Source: Ruditapes philippinarum | Lineage: Eukaryota | Length of the DNA: 64,000 nucleotides | Reading direction: 5' to 3' | NCBI RefSeq assembly: GCF_026571515.1 | Contig: NW_026864499.1 | Coordinates: 1 to 64,000, forward strand | Shown: positions 12,730 through 24,190 of the stretch, piece by piece | Layout of the letters: each line of letters opens with the position of its first letter | Numbering within the stretch: position 1 is the stretch's first letter | The notes under the pieces: model-generated | What the model saw: only the letters and a program-made list of their open reading frames with translations | Told to the model about the DNA's origin: nothing | The model's database searches: none | Translations under genes and position numbers: made by a program

Positions 12730-14094
12730 TAAGATATGTATTTCTTTAAACTATTTTTCATATTTATGCTGTATATTATTAGATATGTTAAATATGACAT
12801 GTGTTGTATTGTATGTGTTTATGTGTACTTAAAACTGCCCATCTTTAGTAAAAACATGAAAATGAAACATGAATTATATATTTTCATACTTTTCAATATT
12901 ATATTACTTTTGTTAATATAACCGCCAATTATGTGTGGCGAAAAACATGTATAAATGTTTATGCTAATAAATACTTTGACTTTTGGTATAGACGGGTCCA
13001 TATATTTGGTTCTGTCTAAAATAATATATTAACACACATTTTTTTAAAGACTCCTGGATCATTTGAAGGGGAAATTTTACACTTTAGTTCTGTATTTGCA
13101 AATAATTTTGCATACTGTTTCATACCGTGCTTGTCGAAACCGTTTTGTTTAAGGTGTAAAAGAAAATGCAAATTACTCTCATTCTTTTAAGCGCTTTTAA
13201 TAACTTGACAAACTATCTATTTTTCATGTTAAGATGAATCATGTGGGAAACTAGCTCTGGCAAATTGTTCTTGGACCCTTTATTTGTTGTGTGTATTTTC
13301 AGTGATTCACTGCTGAAGGCATTACAAGTGTGTTTTCTTGGTAAAGCTATCTGTATAAAAGGCGGAATATCTGTCATTAGAAATATTTCAAACCCATATG
13401 TACAGGACAATGTTTCCTCTAAATGTGTTCCATTTTTCAAGATCATCGCGGGAGAAAAAAGAAATTTTAAATTTAAAATGAATTAAAATATTGTTCAAAA
13501 ACCATTGTGTGAACGTGTGTTTTAATGTAAACTTATGAATTATTTATGCATACGTTTGCATATTTTTATGTATGTGTAAATGTTAATGTTTTACAAATCA
13601 ATGAATGTTATTTTATGCGATATTAAAATATACAAAGGGAAATAATGATAATAATCTCTGCATAATTTAACATAATAATCAGAGTTGTCTTTCTTTGATA
13701 AGATATACTGACAAGTGTAGTTATGTTAGACTGAATACTATTTATGTTTTTAATCTGTAAAAGTTATATATATATACTCGAATTCATAGAGAGAAATCAA
13801 AGTAATGATAGTTTGTAGTATCAAGAAAATATGGCACAAACTCAATTATGGCTTCAAGATTCTAAGAGATGACACCTGCCCTGTGCCAACCTGCGAAGTT
13901 TTCTTCTATAGATATCCAAAGTTCAACAACGAACTGTACAGAATCAATGCGGTCGCATAACCTACATGAAGTACGACGCGAAACGCCATACTTTCATTTT
14001 CTGGTCATCTTCAACATTTCGACGAATATAGGTTTTTTTTTTTAAATTAATACTACAATCCTGTGGCAGAATTAAAACATATGGCGGCAAATTC

Positions 14095-14345
14095 AATAGG
14101 AGAAAATGAGAGGAAAGAGAACTTGAATACGGATAGAGAAGATGATTAAAGAAGAAAGAGAACTGAAATAAAAAGGAGGAAAGAGAAATGGAATAAAAAG
14201 AAGAACGTGAGGAAAGAGAACTGCAATAAAAAGAGACGAACGGGAAGAAGAAAGAGAAGACCTTGAGAGAGATAGAAAGAACATGAATGAGAGCATATCG
14301 AGGAAAGGTAACAGCTAGATAGAGAAGAAAGGAGGAAAATCAGCC
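14095..14345 (+). repeat. Purine-rich (GA) low-complexity tract
   Basis: Strongly A/G-biased, with recurring GGAAAGAGAA. Confidence 0.7.
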
Positions 14346-15924
14346 TGTGTAATGAAATCTCAGACTTATATTTCGACAGGGCAGTTGTGTTGGACTGCAT
14401 TACTTTTACACTTCCTATATAACGTATACCAAAGGCCATCATATTCCTTTCCTTATTTTCTGTGTGTGTTTTTTTTTAAAGTTTACCCTGTACTGGGTCA
14501 GACTGATAATCTAATGCTGAAAGAAATGGACCAATTGGGACATAGGCGCATCACCTGATCACTGACTCTGATTCCCATGTTTAATGGCAGATATTTTCAG
14601 TTTATTATACACGAACAATACTTGAGAAGTGTTTGAATGCAAAAAAAAAACCTAACAAAATGCATCATTTTACAACTTTATTTTCTCAAATTTCACATAA
14701 CATCAACAACAGGGTGTTTAAATACATGTGTTATCAACCAGTATTACTTACATTGTACGCCTCCTAACCGGAAATCCAGGAAAACGTGGTAACTTAGCTT
14801 ATTGTTCAATAATTGTTTGTTTTTATGTTTGTCGTTCAGTAACAACAACGCTTCTGGCTACTAATTGCATTGTACATTGTAATTAGTTGTATTCATTTCA
14901 TGTAAATACCGTAAACATATGAAATAGTATCTGATTAAATGGAACGCTATTTATACATCGTAAATTAATACATTTAATAAGATCTGGTGAAATAATTTAT
15001 ATATAGTTTTATCTGTAATATATACATTTTGTAATCTAATTAAAACTAAACATGCAGGAAGTTGTCCTTTTTGCGACTCTTCACGTCAAGATGCATGTAC
15101 CAAATTAATATAAATTGTTTGATTATTTATTACAAATCTCAACCGTGCATTTATCAAAATATGTACGGTAAAACATATAGACAATATATTTTAGTGCACT
15201 GATGAGCTTCGGAATGTATAATATATAATTCCTCGTAACAGTTCAACACCAACGCAGAATGCATTATTGGTAATTGCCGTGTAATTCGTCAGCAAAAATA
15301 TAAGGTTTATGGCAACCTGTCAGGTATAGTCAACAGGAAAAAGAAGCTGATTGTTTTCTTTCTGTCATTTTTTGATCACCTGCTATTTGCATCGGCCCAA
15401 ACAAGATTTAACATTTAACCCTGTCGACAGTCGACACACCTCGGGACTAATTCGTAATTATCTGAATTTTGACGGAAAGGGCCGAGAAGATGCAATTGAA
15501 AGGGCAGGGAAGATGCGATTGTCAACCATGAACAAAAGCGTACCGAAAATATCAAAAATTTTCCTTTATTGTTTTTAATTGTCATTAATGATGTTCGTAG
15601 CTTTCATAATATAACAGGTAACTAAATGAATTGTTAATTGCTGTATATCTACAGCAAGATTACACCGTTATATGAGCAGGTAGCTTTAAGTGGCTTATAT
15701 CATAGCACCCATTTTATTACAGCTTAGACCCATTTTATTACAGATCATATTGATACAAAATATTTCATTCAGTAAAGCGAACTCTCCCAGGTGATTCTCG
15801 AGCTACACTGCTGTGATTTTTTCCTTATAAAAATAATTTCAAACAGGTAATTGGGTGAGCTTTTTCCGAATTTAAAGACCTGCTTTAACAAACACTAATC
15901 TTAGTACGGACGGGTATATATGGA

Positions 15925-16046
15925 TGTTTTTTATTGGGTTTTACGTCACATCGACACAGTATAGGTCATATCGCGACGTTACAGCTTGACTGGTGGAGGA
16001 AGACCTCAGGTGCCCCTCCGTGCATTATTAGGCACGAACGGGCACA
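15925..16046 (-). mobile_element. SINE fragment (tRNA-derived, Deu/Nin-like core)
   Basis: Shares TGGTGGAGGAAGACCTCAGGTGCCC.....TGCATTATT with copies at ~23.2 kb and ~47.4 kb. Confidence 0.8.
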
Positions 16047-17208
16047 TATATGGATGTAACAAATAAACAGCAAGACTAACTAAATTATTTATTATTTGGT
16101 TTTAATTTGTAAAAATCGTATGTACATTATAATGCCTATTGTAGAAAGTTAACAGTCGAAAGTTTCTCAATGATACATGTTTACAGATGGTAATAAATAA
16201 CAACACCCTGTGTGTGAAATACATGTACCATGCATATCAAATTGCCAACATATTGGCCTGTCTAGATACATAAAACACTATACACTTTGTTTTACTTAAG
16301 ATAATAGTTTGACTAACTTAACTTTATCTGTCAAGTGGATGAATCATGTTATATATAAACCGCCCCATAAAATGAGAAGAAAATAAACTGTATTTTAATT
16401 AAATCGATGTTTGCAGAGCTCTATATGATATTGTATTTCACTCTTGGCCAAGTGCCAAAAGGCATACATAATATTCGTATTTAGTGAAATGAGAAAATAT
16501 GCTACTTAAGAAAAAGTATATACAACATTGGTTCATTCAAAATATTAATATATACAAAAGATAACAAAAAATGGTACATGCTTATTGAATATGTATAACT
16601 GATTTAGATCTACCCTTATTTGATTGGAAGAATTTTTGAAATAAAAATATATAATATGAGCTTCAAACAGTATAAAGCCTGATCACTGCACATATATGCA
16701 GGCTGGCCTAAAATGACTGATAACTATCAAACCCAGGAAGTTTTAAACACGGCTACAAAGTGGGCAATCGGATTTCCTCGGCTATTATTCATAACAACCG
16801 AAGACTGGCAGAAAGGGCCGAAAAGTGTCGACTGACAAAGTGAGCTCTCAATATGTAGGTCATTGGGTCAAATCAATTGATTACAAATACAGTTCGTTTT
16901 CATTTTATAATTGTTTTGTATAAAACAAAAATTAAATCTTCTAAGAGTTAAAAATTGTCCTTTGAATACATTCTGTTTTGTCCAGATATGGCCCCATTTA
17001 AAGCAGCTGTAAACTTATGCTAACAAGGATATAAATAACATGTGAAAATAACGTCTTGAAAACTACTATGTAATTTATAATACTGCAAATTGATTTCTTT
17101 CATTAAAAAATCTGTACTGTAGTGTTTAAATATATATTTTTTAAAACATAGCGATAATCCATTACAAACACACACTTTTATAACATTTCTGGAATGCATT
17201 TTATTTAG

Positions 17209-17403
17209 TTTGTTCACGTTTTAACTAAAAATAGTTCACTTTTGAACTTTAATAGTTCACGTTTTAACTATAGTAGTTCATGTTTTAACTATAAAAGTTT
17301 ACGTTTTAACTATAAAAGTTCACGTTTAAACTATATATAGTTCACGTTTTAACTATAATTGTTCACGTTTTAACTGTGATAGTTCACGTTTTAACTATAA
17401 TAG
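17209..17403. repeat. 21-bp minisatellite, about 9 copies
   Basis: Consensus ATAGTTCACGTTTTAACTATA. Confidence 0.95.
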
Positions 17404-18344
17404 ATAATTACACATGTTACATAGAGATTCTCTGGTCGCATAATATCATTTAAAATGAATCAAAATCTGTATTTAAATCAGCAAATAGTAAAATAATTAA
17501 ATGAAATAATACACACTTTTCACAGTTAAAATACAAGATATTTATCACAAAAATAAAATAATAAAAAGCACCATCAAGTAATATATTCATGAAATCATAT
17601 TTTACACTGTTGTCAAACTTATTTTATGTAAAACACTGCTATAAAAACATGTATAATTTTATGTAAATTTCTATACATTGGTAAAACATTTTGGCAGAAT
17701 TATCTGTTAAACAAATTTTGGTTTTTACATGGGATGATATTATGTATAAATGTATAATTATTAATGATATATAATATAAAGCTTTAGTACTTAGCACATT
17801 TAAACAAAATGTACCTAATAACCTGTGATAAGCTGCATAGGTTTATATATTACATTAGTATATAAAATAGGATTGTATATAATTATATCTGTATCTATAT
17901 ATTCGATATATCTGCGCTTGTTTACAGGTAAAGCAATGAAAAGCCTAGAAAATACGCCTAGAAATACGTTTTTCAGTAAAATAGAGAAATATTTCAGTAA
18001 CTAACTGTTTTGCATAGACAGGCGTTAGTTGTTATGTTTAGAGTTAAACTACAGTATTGTTTATATTAAGTGCAACGTTGTAACCATTTTAGTTTATTAA
18101 TAAAGAACACTATCACAATGTATAAAAAAAACCTGCAAATGTATGTTTTTATATTCAGTAAAGCACCTTAAATACAAGTTTAAAATATCTTTTGCAAGGA
18201 CAATCAATATAAGTGCTAGTTGACCATTTAACAAATGTATGGGACATTCAATTAAAGATCCAAATGATTTATTTCATTTGGAAACTGTCGTCTGGTTGTC
18301 GTTAAATATATGGAATAAAAACAGCACCAGTTTTCTCTTCACAC

Positions 18345-19499
18345 CTATATCACAGCTACTTCCTGTACGGAAGCGTATCCTTGGTGAGACCGGAAGCGCA
18401 TATTCGGAACCCTTTTCTTCCATTTTTTGCAGACGAGTCTTATTTTATTCCGGTGTACTATCAGGAATGCAATTAATGTTAATCCAACAACTGCGAAAAT
18501 TATTCCAGTTACTGCCTTCACCGCGGTATTGGACGGAGCTTCGAGTTGTTCACACCTCAGATCTGATAATGACAAGCTCAGCACAGGTTTACCCTTGTAT
18601 GATGAATGGTACCCACCTGCACATAATAATTCCTTTTTATTGACATTTATTTTTGTTGAATTCAACCACTTCCAAGTTTCCACAAGGCCACAGTCACACT
18701 GGAATGGGTTATTGTCTAGTTTAATTACTTTAATGTCGCGTAAGTCCTCGGCCTTGTCCATGAATTCCCTCGGCAGAACTGCCATTTTGTTGTAAGAGAA
18801 ATCTATATGCGTAAGGTTCTCCAAGCAGTCTTTTTGGTTCGGTAATGAAGGTTGGTCTAGATTATTATGAGTTAGATTTAATTTTTTCAATGAAGTTAAC
18901 TGACAAAACGAGTTAGCAGCCGAAAGTGAAAATGAGAAAAATTCATTGTAACCAAGTTCCAGGATCTCTAACTTCGTCATGTCAGTCTCATTGAAAACTC
19001 TAGCGAGTTTGGTTATGTGAATACTTCCGTTCCAAACTTCATCAAAAGTGTTGGTTAAGTCCAGGTGTTTCAAATTCGACACTGAACTGAAGTACCCAGT
19101 CTTATCCGGGCTTCTGTCGACCTGCCATGCATTGTCCCGTAGAATGAGAATTTCCAAGTTTGGTAAACAATGCAAACTTTTTCCATGTATGTTGGATATG
19201 CTATTATTAGACAAATCCAAGTATTTTAATTGGTGTAAGACAAGACCTGATTCATGTTTGCAGGAGCCAACACTGTTAGCTGGCAATTCTGGGATATAAG
19301 ATCCTGTTACTGTCATATTAACCACGTTGTCTTGAATGTAATGCAACAGTTTTGTGATATCACCGTTTAACTTCTGTTCGTGGTGACACTCAACCACTTC
19401 ATCCGTACAAATACAATTATCAAAATGACCTTTACAATAATCCTTAGATGTTGATATATGTACACAAAACAGAATCAAAATCAAGAATTTGACACACAT
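18345..19499 (-). CDS. Intronless type I transmembrane LRR protein, trophoblast glycoprotein (TPBG/5T4)-like
   Basis: Signal peptide from Met at 19499 (MCVKFLILILFCVHISTS), LRRNT cysteines, LRRs (LDLSNNSI, LILRDN, LDLTNT, LELGYN, LNLTHN, IDFSYN), LRRCT NPFQCDC, TM helix, short basic tail ending YASVQEVAVI. No TIR domain. Confidence 0.85.
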   Translation of the reverse strand: MCVKFLILILFCVHISTSKDYCKGHFDNCICTDEVVECHHEQKLNGDITKLLHYIQDNVVNMTVTGSYIPELPANSVGSCKHESGLVLHQLKYLDLSNNSISNIHGKSLHCLPNLEILILRDNAWQVDRSPDKTGYFSSVSNLKHLDLTNTFDEVWNGSIHITKLARVFNETDMTKLEILELGYNEFFSFSLSAANSFCQLTSLKKLNLTHNNLDQPSLPNQKDCLENLTHIDFSYNKMAVLPREFMDKAEDLRDIKVIKLDNNPFQCDCGLVETWKWLNSTKINVNKKELLCAGGYHSSYKGKPVLSLSLSDLRCEQLEAPSNTAVKAVTGIIFAVVGLTLIAFLIVHRNKIRLVCKKWKKRVPNMRFRSHQGYASVQEVAVI

Positions 19500-19732
19500 T
19501 TTACTGTTTACACACCACAATATGTTACAAAATCCAAGTTTAAGTCGCACCTGTGTAGCGATCGCCATTTTCATTTACCTGTATAAACTTTGTTTGTCTC
19601 GTCTACGTACTTAGTGTTATGCCTGAGTGAACAGTTCAGGCTATACACAGCGATTTTAAACCGCACTTGTTTACATCGACAATACCACACTGGCGAAGGT
19701 AATTTATGACTAATTTTCAAAACCGCTTGCTT

Positions 19733-20488
19733 TAGGGCCCGTCTACACCTATCCAAGTCTTGAATGAAAGTATCATATTCTCTTGTATTGGACAGTGTAG
19801 ACACTCAACTTGAATGAGTTTTAAAGAGAAATTATGTGACATCCAAGAAGATAATTCCTTGCAAGAAAGTAACACGTCCTATTTTTCTACAAGTTTTTGG
19901 CTGTCAAGACACTGATAACACCGGTTTGACACAAAACATGTGCCCCGAAGGTGTGATAGTGTTGTTTTTTTCATTATTTTCTGACTTTTTTGTTACTGAT
20001 TCTGTGTTCATGACCTGTAAATTTTAGTAAATGTATAAAATATCTTGGTCAGAGGGACAGATCAATACATTGATACACAGAAGAGCAAAAAAAATAAAAA
20101 AAAAATAAAGAAGAAATCAGTTTTCAAGTAGTCAAAATGGATTTTAAATGATCTTGTTCATTTAGTCAATAACTTTCATCAAATAAAGAATTTGCATCAC
20201 TTTATCAGCTCAAAAATATTTTTCTCACATTTTCCATTATTTTAAAAGGATGTACACATTTCAATATATACTCCATTGTTTTTAGCTAATTGCATCATTT
20301 TCCCGCTTTTTTATTCACATATTTTACAGACACATGATAGTATTGCAAAGACAAAGGTATAAATCCTGGGCAATCTTAATTAGACATTTCAGTAAAAATT
20401 GTGCCTGATAAAATATTGAAAGGGACATTTATTTAGCTTATCTAAATGTGACATGTAAGAAACTTGAATAGGTGTAGACACGGCCTTA
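19733..20488. mobile_element. MITE (~755 bp)
   Basis: TAGGGCCCGTCTACACCTATCCAAGT at 19733-19758 is an imperfect inverted copy of ACTTGAATAGGTGTAGACACGGCCTTA at 20462-20488. Confidence 0.75.
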
Positions 20489-23149
20489 TATTGTCAAGTC
20501 TGTTTACATTTACGCAGATAAATTCAATTGATCTTTCTCAGATTAAAATATTTATTAACAGCAAGTCGAACAGTGTAAAAGTGCACTAGAAGCAGACGGA
20601 GTGACTGATAAAATGTGAAATGTCAGTCACAATAAAATAAGACAGCTTATTTTTCCCAAGCCCTTTAATTTTCAATATGTTCAGACACGATATTTTAAAA
20701 TAATAGTTCTATAATACGCACAACACGAGGTACATCCCACGCTGATTAACCGGAAAATCCCGGTATTTTACGAATCGGAATTGAGCGTCTGTCAGTACAG
20801 GCATTCTGTTCATTTTTCATGTAAATGGTTATCATAAACAAATCTATCATTGTCCACCGCGACCAAAATTACTAAGCAAAAACAGATATAAAATATACGG
20901 AACCGGATATAAATATAAAAAATATGAAAAAATGACTTCACATGTGCACAATTAAATATTTAATACTTGTGAAAACACGAAAAAGATTTCGCCTAGATAC
21001 GGCTCTTCATTGTATATACAGTTATTTCTATAGTAAAATGGTGCTAGATAGAGCCATATATAGACCTTGGTATTTCGATTATACTATTATAATAATATTA
21101 AATAATCAATTGCGTGTGAAGTAATTTTTGTCTCATATTTTTCATAATTATACTTCATACAGTATGTATACACACATATTGTAAACGGGTGCTGGATAGT
21201 TGATTCGGTCTTGGTGGTGAAAGGGAATTATTTTATGATAATTTATCCATTATTGACAATAACTGTGTCACATGACTTTAATAATTATTCGCCATAAAAT
21301 CGCCATGGCCTGGGCGACAACGAGGGGGTTTCTTTACAGATAATGATCGAGGTCGTAAGGATATACCAAAAATAATACTAAATATAGAATACAATCACGT
21401 GATATTTTGTTTAGCCACATATAGTTTATCTTCTTCAAATTAGTGTAGCCCACCTTCAAGCTAACATGATGGTGCTTCCTGCAGCACAAAAAAATATATA
21501 TCCATTAAAGCCGTAGTATGCTCGAAGACCATGCACTGAAATTTGAAGCGGAGAAGATTTTTCATTTGAAACTGTGGTTAGATTGAGGAACAAATATTAA
21601 GTAATTAAATAACCAGTTACAAGTACTGCCAAACAAACTGGTACCAGACACCAACTATGTTCGTACTGGTATATATATACCTTACAGCCTAACAGAAAAG
21701 CCCGAAGTCTAATTCCTTAGCTATATTTTGTTTCTGATTGAGGTTAAATTACTTTGTCCAGATGATAAACATCTAAAGCTAACATGTTTTAAAATATTTT
21801 ATGCATACGCTATAAAACTCATGCTTGTCATTTCTAAAGAAGGGAAAGTATATAAGTTTCTGAATCATTATGTGGCCGATGATGTTCCAGTAATTTAGTA
21901 AAATTGAGCTTCATCTCGTCAATTATGGAAATTATCGTGTTATTCTCCCACTTATATATAAATTATCTTGTCAAATTTTCTAGCGCATTTCCTCTGGTCT
22001 GATATAAAAAATGTTTTCAACAATCAAAATACAGATGTATACTATGTATTTTTGTATTCTATGCTTAATGTACTTATATCATATCTATTTATCCTTAAAT
22101 AATAAATCAGCATATCCGATACAGGAAATATATGGCTATAACTTTTGAAAACAATACCATTAAAGAACTAAATTAAGCACAAAAATAAAACATTAGCCCT
22201 CGGACTTTTTGTGCAGATTTTTATTTGTGTAATCACTATAGAATTATGAATAATCCAAATAACAACTTGGGTATATTCTGGTGCAAAGCACTTCTTGAAA
22301 AAACTTCGACCCAGAAATAAAGTCCTGAAAAGATACACAAAACAACCTTTACAGTACTCAGAAATGACTCTATGTACACAATTACATAAAATATACTTGA
22401 AATATAAACAGTCTTACAAGAGTTGACTTTAAATGAGCCACTTCAAAATTAAAAAGAACTACTTTTTAGACTACAACGGGCTGGGTCTAATTCCGTACCG
22501 GGGTGACACCATCTGTTGATACGTATGCCATTCTATATGAGACAATCTTTTCCCTAAACGTCTTTAGTCTTCTATTAAATATTTCTAAATATTCAGGAAA
22601 AACTTTCGTCAGTTCTTGTTCCCGCGTAATCGATCATGAAAATCTCATGAACTCAACTCGTAACAATCGGATCACAACTTTTCGACCATTTCCTTCATTC
22701 TTCGTATATTGTAATGCATGATCGCCGAGTTGTTACTATAAGATCTCATGAACTTCCAACTGGTAATATATGATAACAAGTAACGAATCTATGCTTATCA
22801 AAACTCGGTTCTATAGTACAGCTGTACTTGTATCATGGAGCCAATTATATACCTGCCGGAATCAAAATTAAAAAAAAAATATGTTGTATAACATAAATGA
22901 TCAAAATTGAGCTAGTTTAGTACGATTTCAATACCGGACGAACATGGCGACTTTGACGCTAGCCTTAATCTGAACACAGAAGCTACCACGGTAATCGTCA
23001 ATGAACTCCTTTGAGAAAGATTGCAGTACCTTATAAAACATTAGATATGATGTATCAATTATACAGATTTTATTTGATATATCAATAGGAACACAGTGAC
23101 GAAAAAAGTAAACATGTTTGAGGAATAAACGTTTAACGTTACTTTTTTA

Positions 23150-23411
23150 ATAATTATGTGAATTTTAGGTCACATCGACTCTGTAAAGATCATATGGCGA
23201 CCTTCCAGCTTTCCCGGCGGAGTAAGACCTCAGGTGCCCCTTCGTGCATTATTTCAGGCCCGGCACCAGCGGGTTCCTGAGTAGAACTACCGACTTTCAT
23301 TAAGCTAGCTGGATATTTTCCCACATAAAAGAATCAAAATCCCGACAGGATCCGAACTCACTGTGGTGAGAGGAAAGTGATTTTAGTCTACGATCTCAAC
23401 CACTCGGCTAT
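23150..23411 (-). mobile_element. Full-length tRNA-derived SINE (Deu/Nin-like)
   Basis: Minus-strand A box TAGCCGAGTGG and B box GAGTTCGGATCC, followed by the shared core. Confidence 0.8.
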
Positions 23412-24190
23412 GTAGTGACCTTAAAAACACGGCCATGGAAGCTCTATAATCATGTAATAGGCTTGACAGACGTTCAATGGTGATATCATAACATATCGTT
23501 ATAATTGTGAATTTATACAATGTACAATATACATATAGATTTATGATACAAAACATAATACATATACATGATTTACTGCAAACATGTCACGGTGACGGAT
23601 AAAATCCCAATGAGGTACAACAAGAAATTCTAACATAGATCAACTGCGACATTTGCACAGAAGTTGTTGATCCAGAATTAGATCAATGGTTACCAAATCT
23701 CGAAAAAATATTTCCAATTCTGTTATGTCAAAAAGCTCATTGGAGTAGGTAAATATTTGTGCGGGCAAAATAGTTTTAATGCAGATACATTATTTCATTT
23801 GCTTATAACAAGGCGAAGCAATAACATAAACCTTTTATATCGAAATATACACGTTAAAAGAAATAAGTCACCAGAAATAGATTTTCCTTTCACAATGACG
23901 TGCAGTAAAATGTGTATTCGTAGGCAACTCTACACCAACTTGCTCCTAAGGATCTTAGTTAAGAAACTCGTAACAATCCAACAAATAGCAAGTTCTTGTT
24001 GAACATACGACTATATTATTAGTTTATACATTATGCACCACATAAAATCAACGCATTTTTCTAAGAAGTTTTAGCATATTCTGATATATTTATGGCTGTG
24101 ACTGGTATTGCTGTGGTAATGATATTTAAATTTCTATATCTTAACTGCTGTCAGATACAGGTTCATAGACTTGAACTGAAGAGAAAAGAT

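Larger units (their letters stand above)
7871..12985 (+). mobile_element. CR1-group non-LTR retrotransposon (LINE), near full length
   Basis: ORF1 plus APE-RT ORF2. The 3' UTR ends in TAATAAATACTTTGACTTTTG, an AATAAA followed by a short-repeat tail. The 5' boundary is approximate. Confidence 0.88.

Noticed and set aside
14093-14442. Phe/Leu/Ser-rich ORFs
   Set aside because: Antisense translation of a GA-rich low-complexity tract.
17209-17403. CRISPR-like array
   Set aside because: Head-to-tail 21-bp units without unique spacers, no cas genes, eukaryotic context.
18345-19499. Toll-like receptor
   Set aside because: Cytoplasmic tail is only ~35 aa with no TIR domain.
19500-19574. 25-aa N-terminal extension of the LRR ORF
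   Set aside because: The signal peptide begins at Met 19499 and matches the paralogue's leader length.
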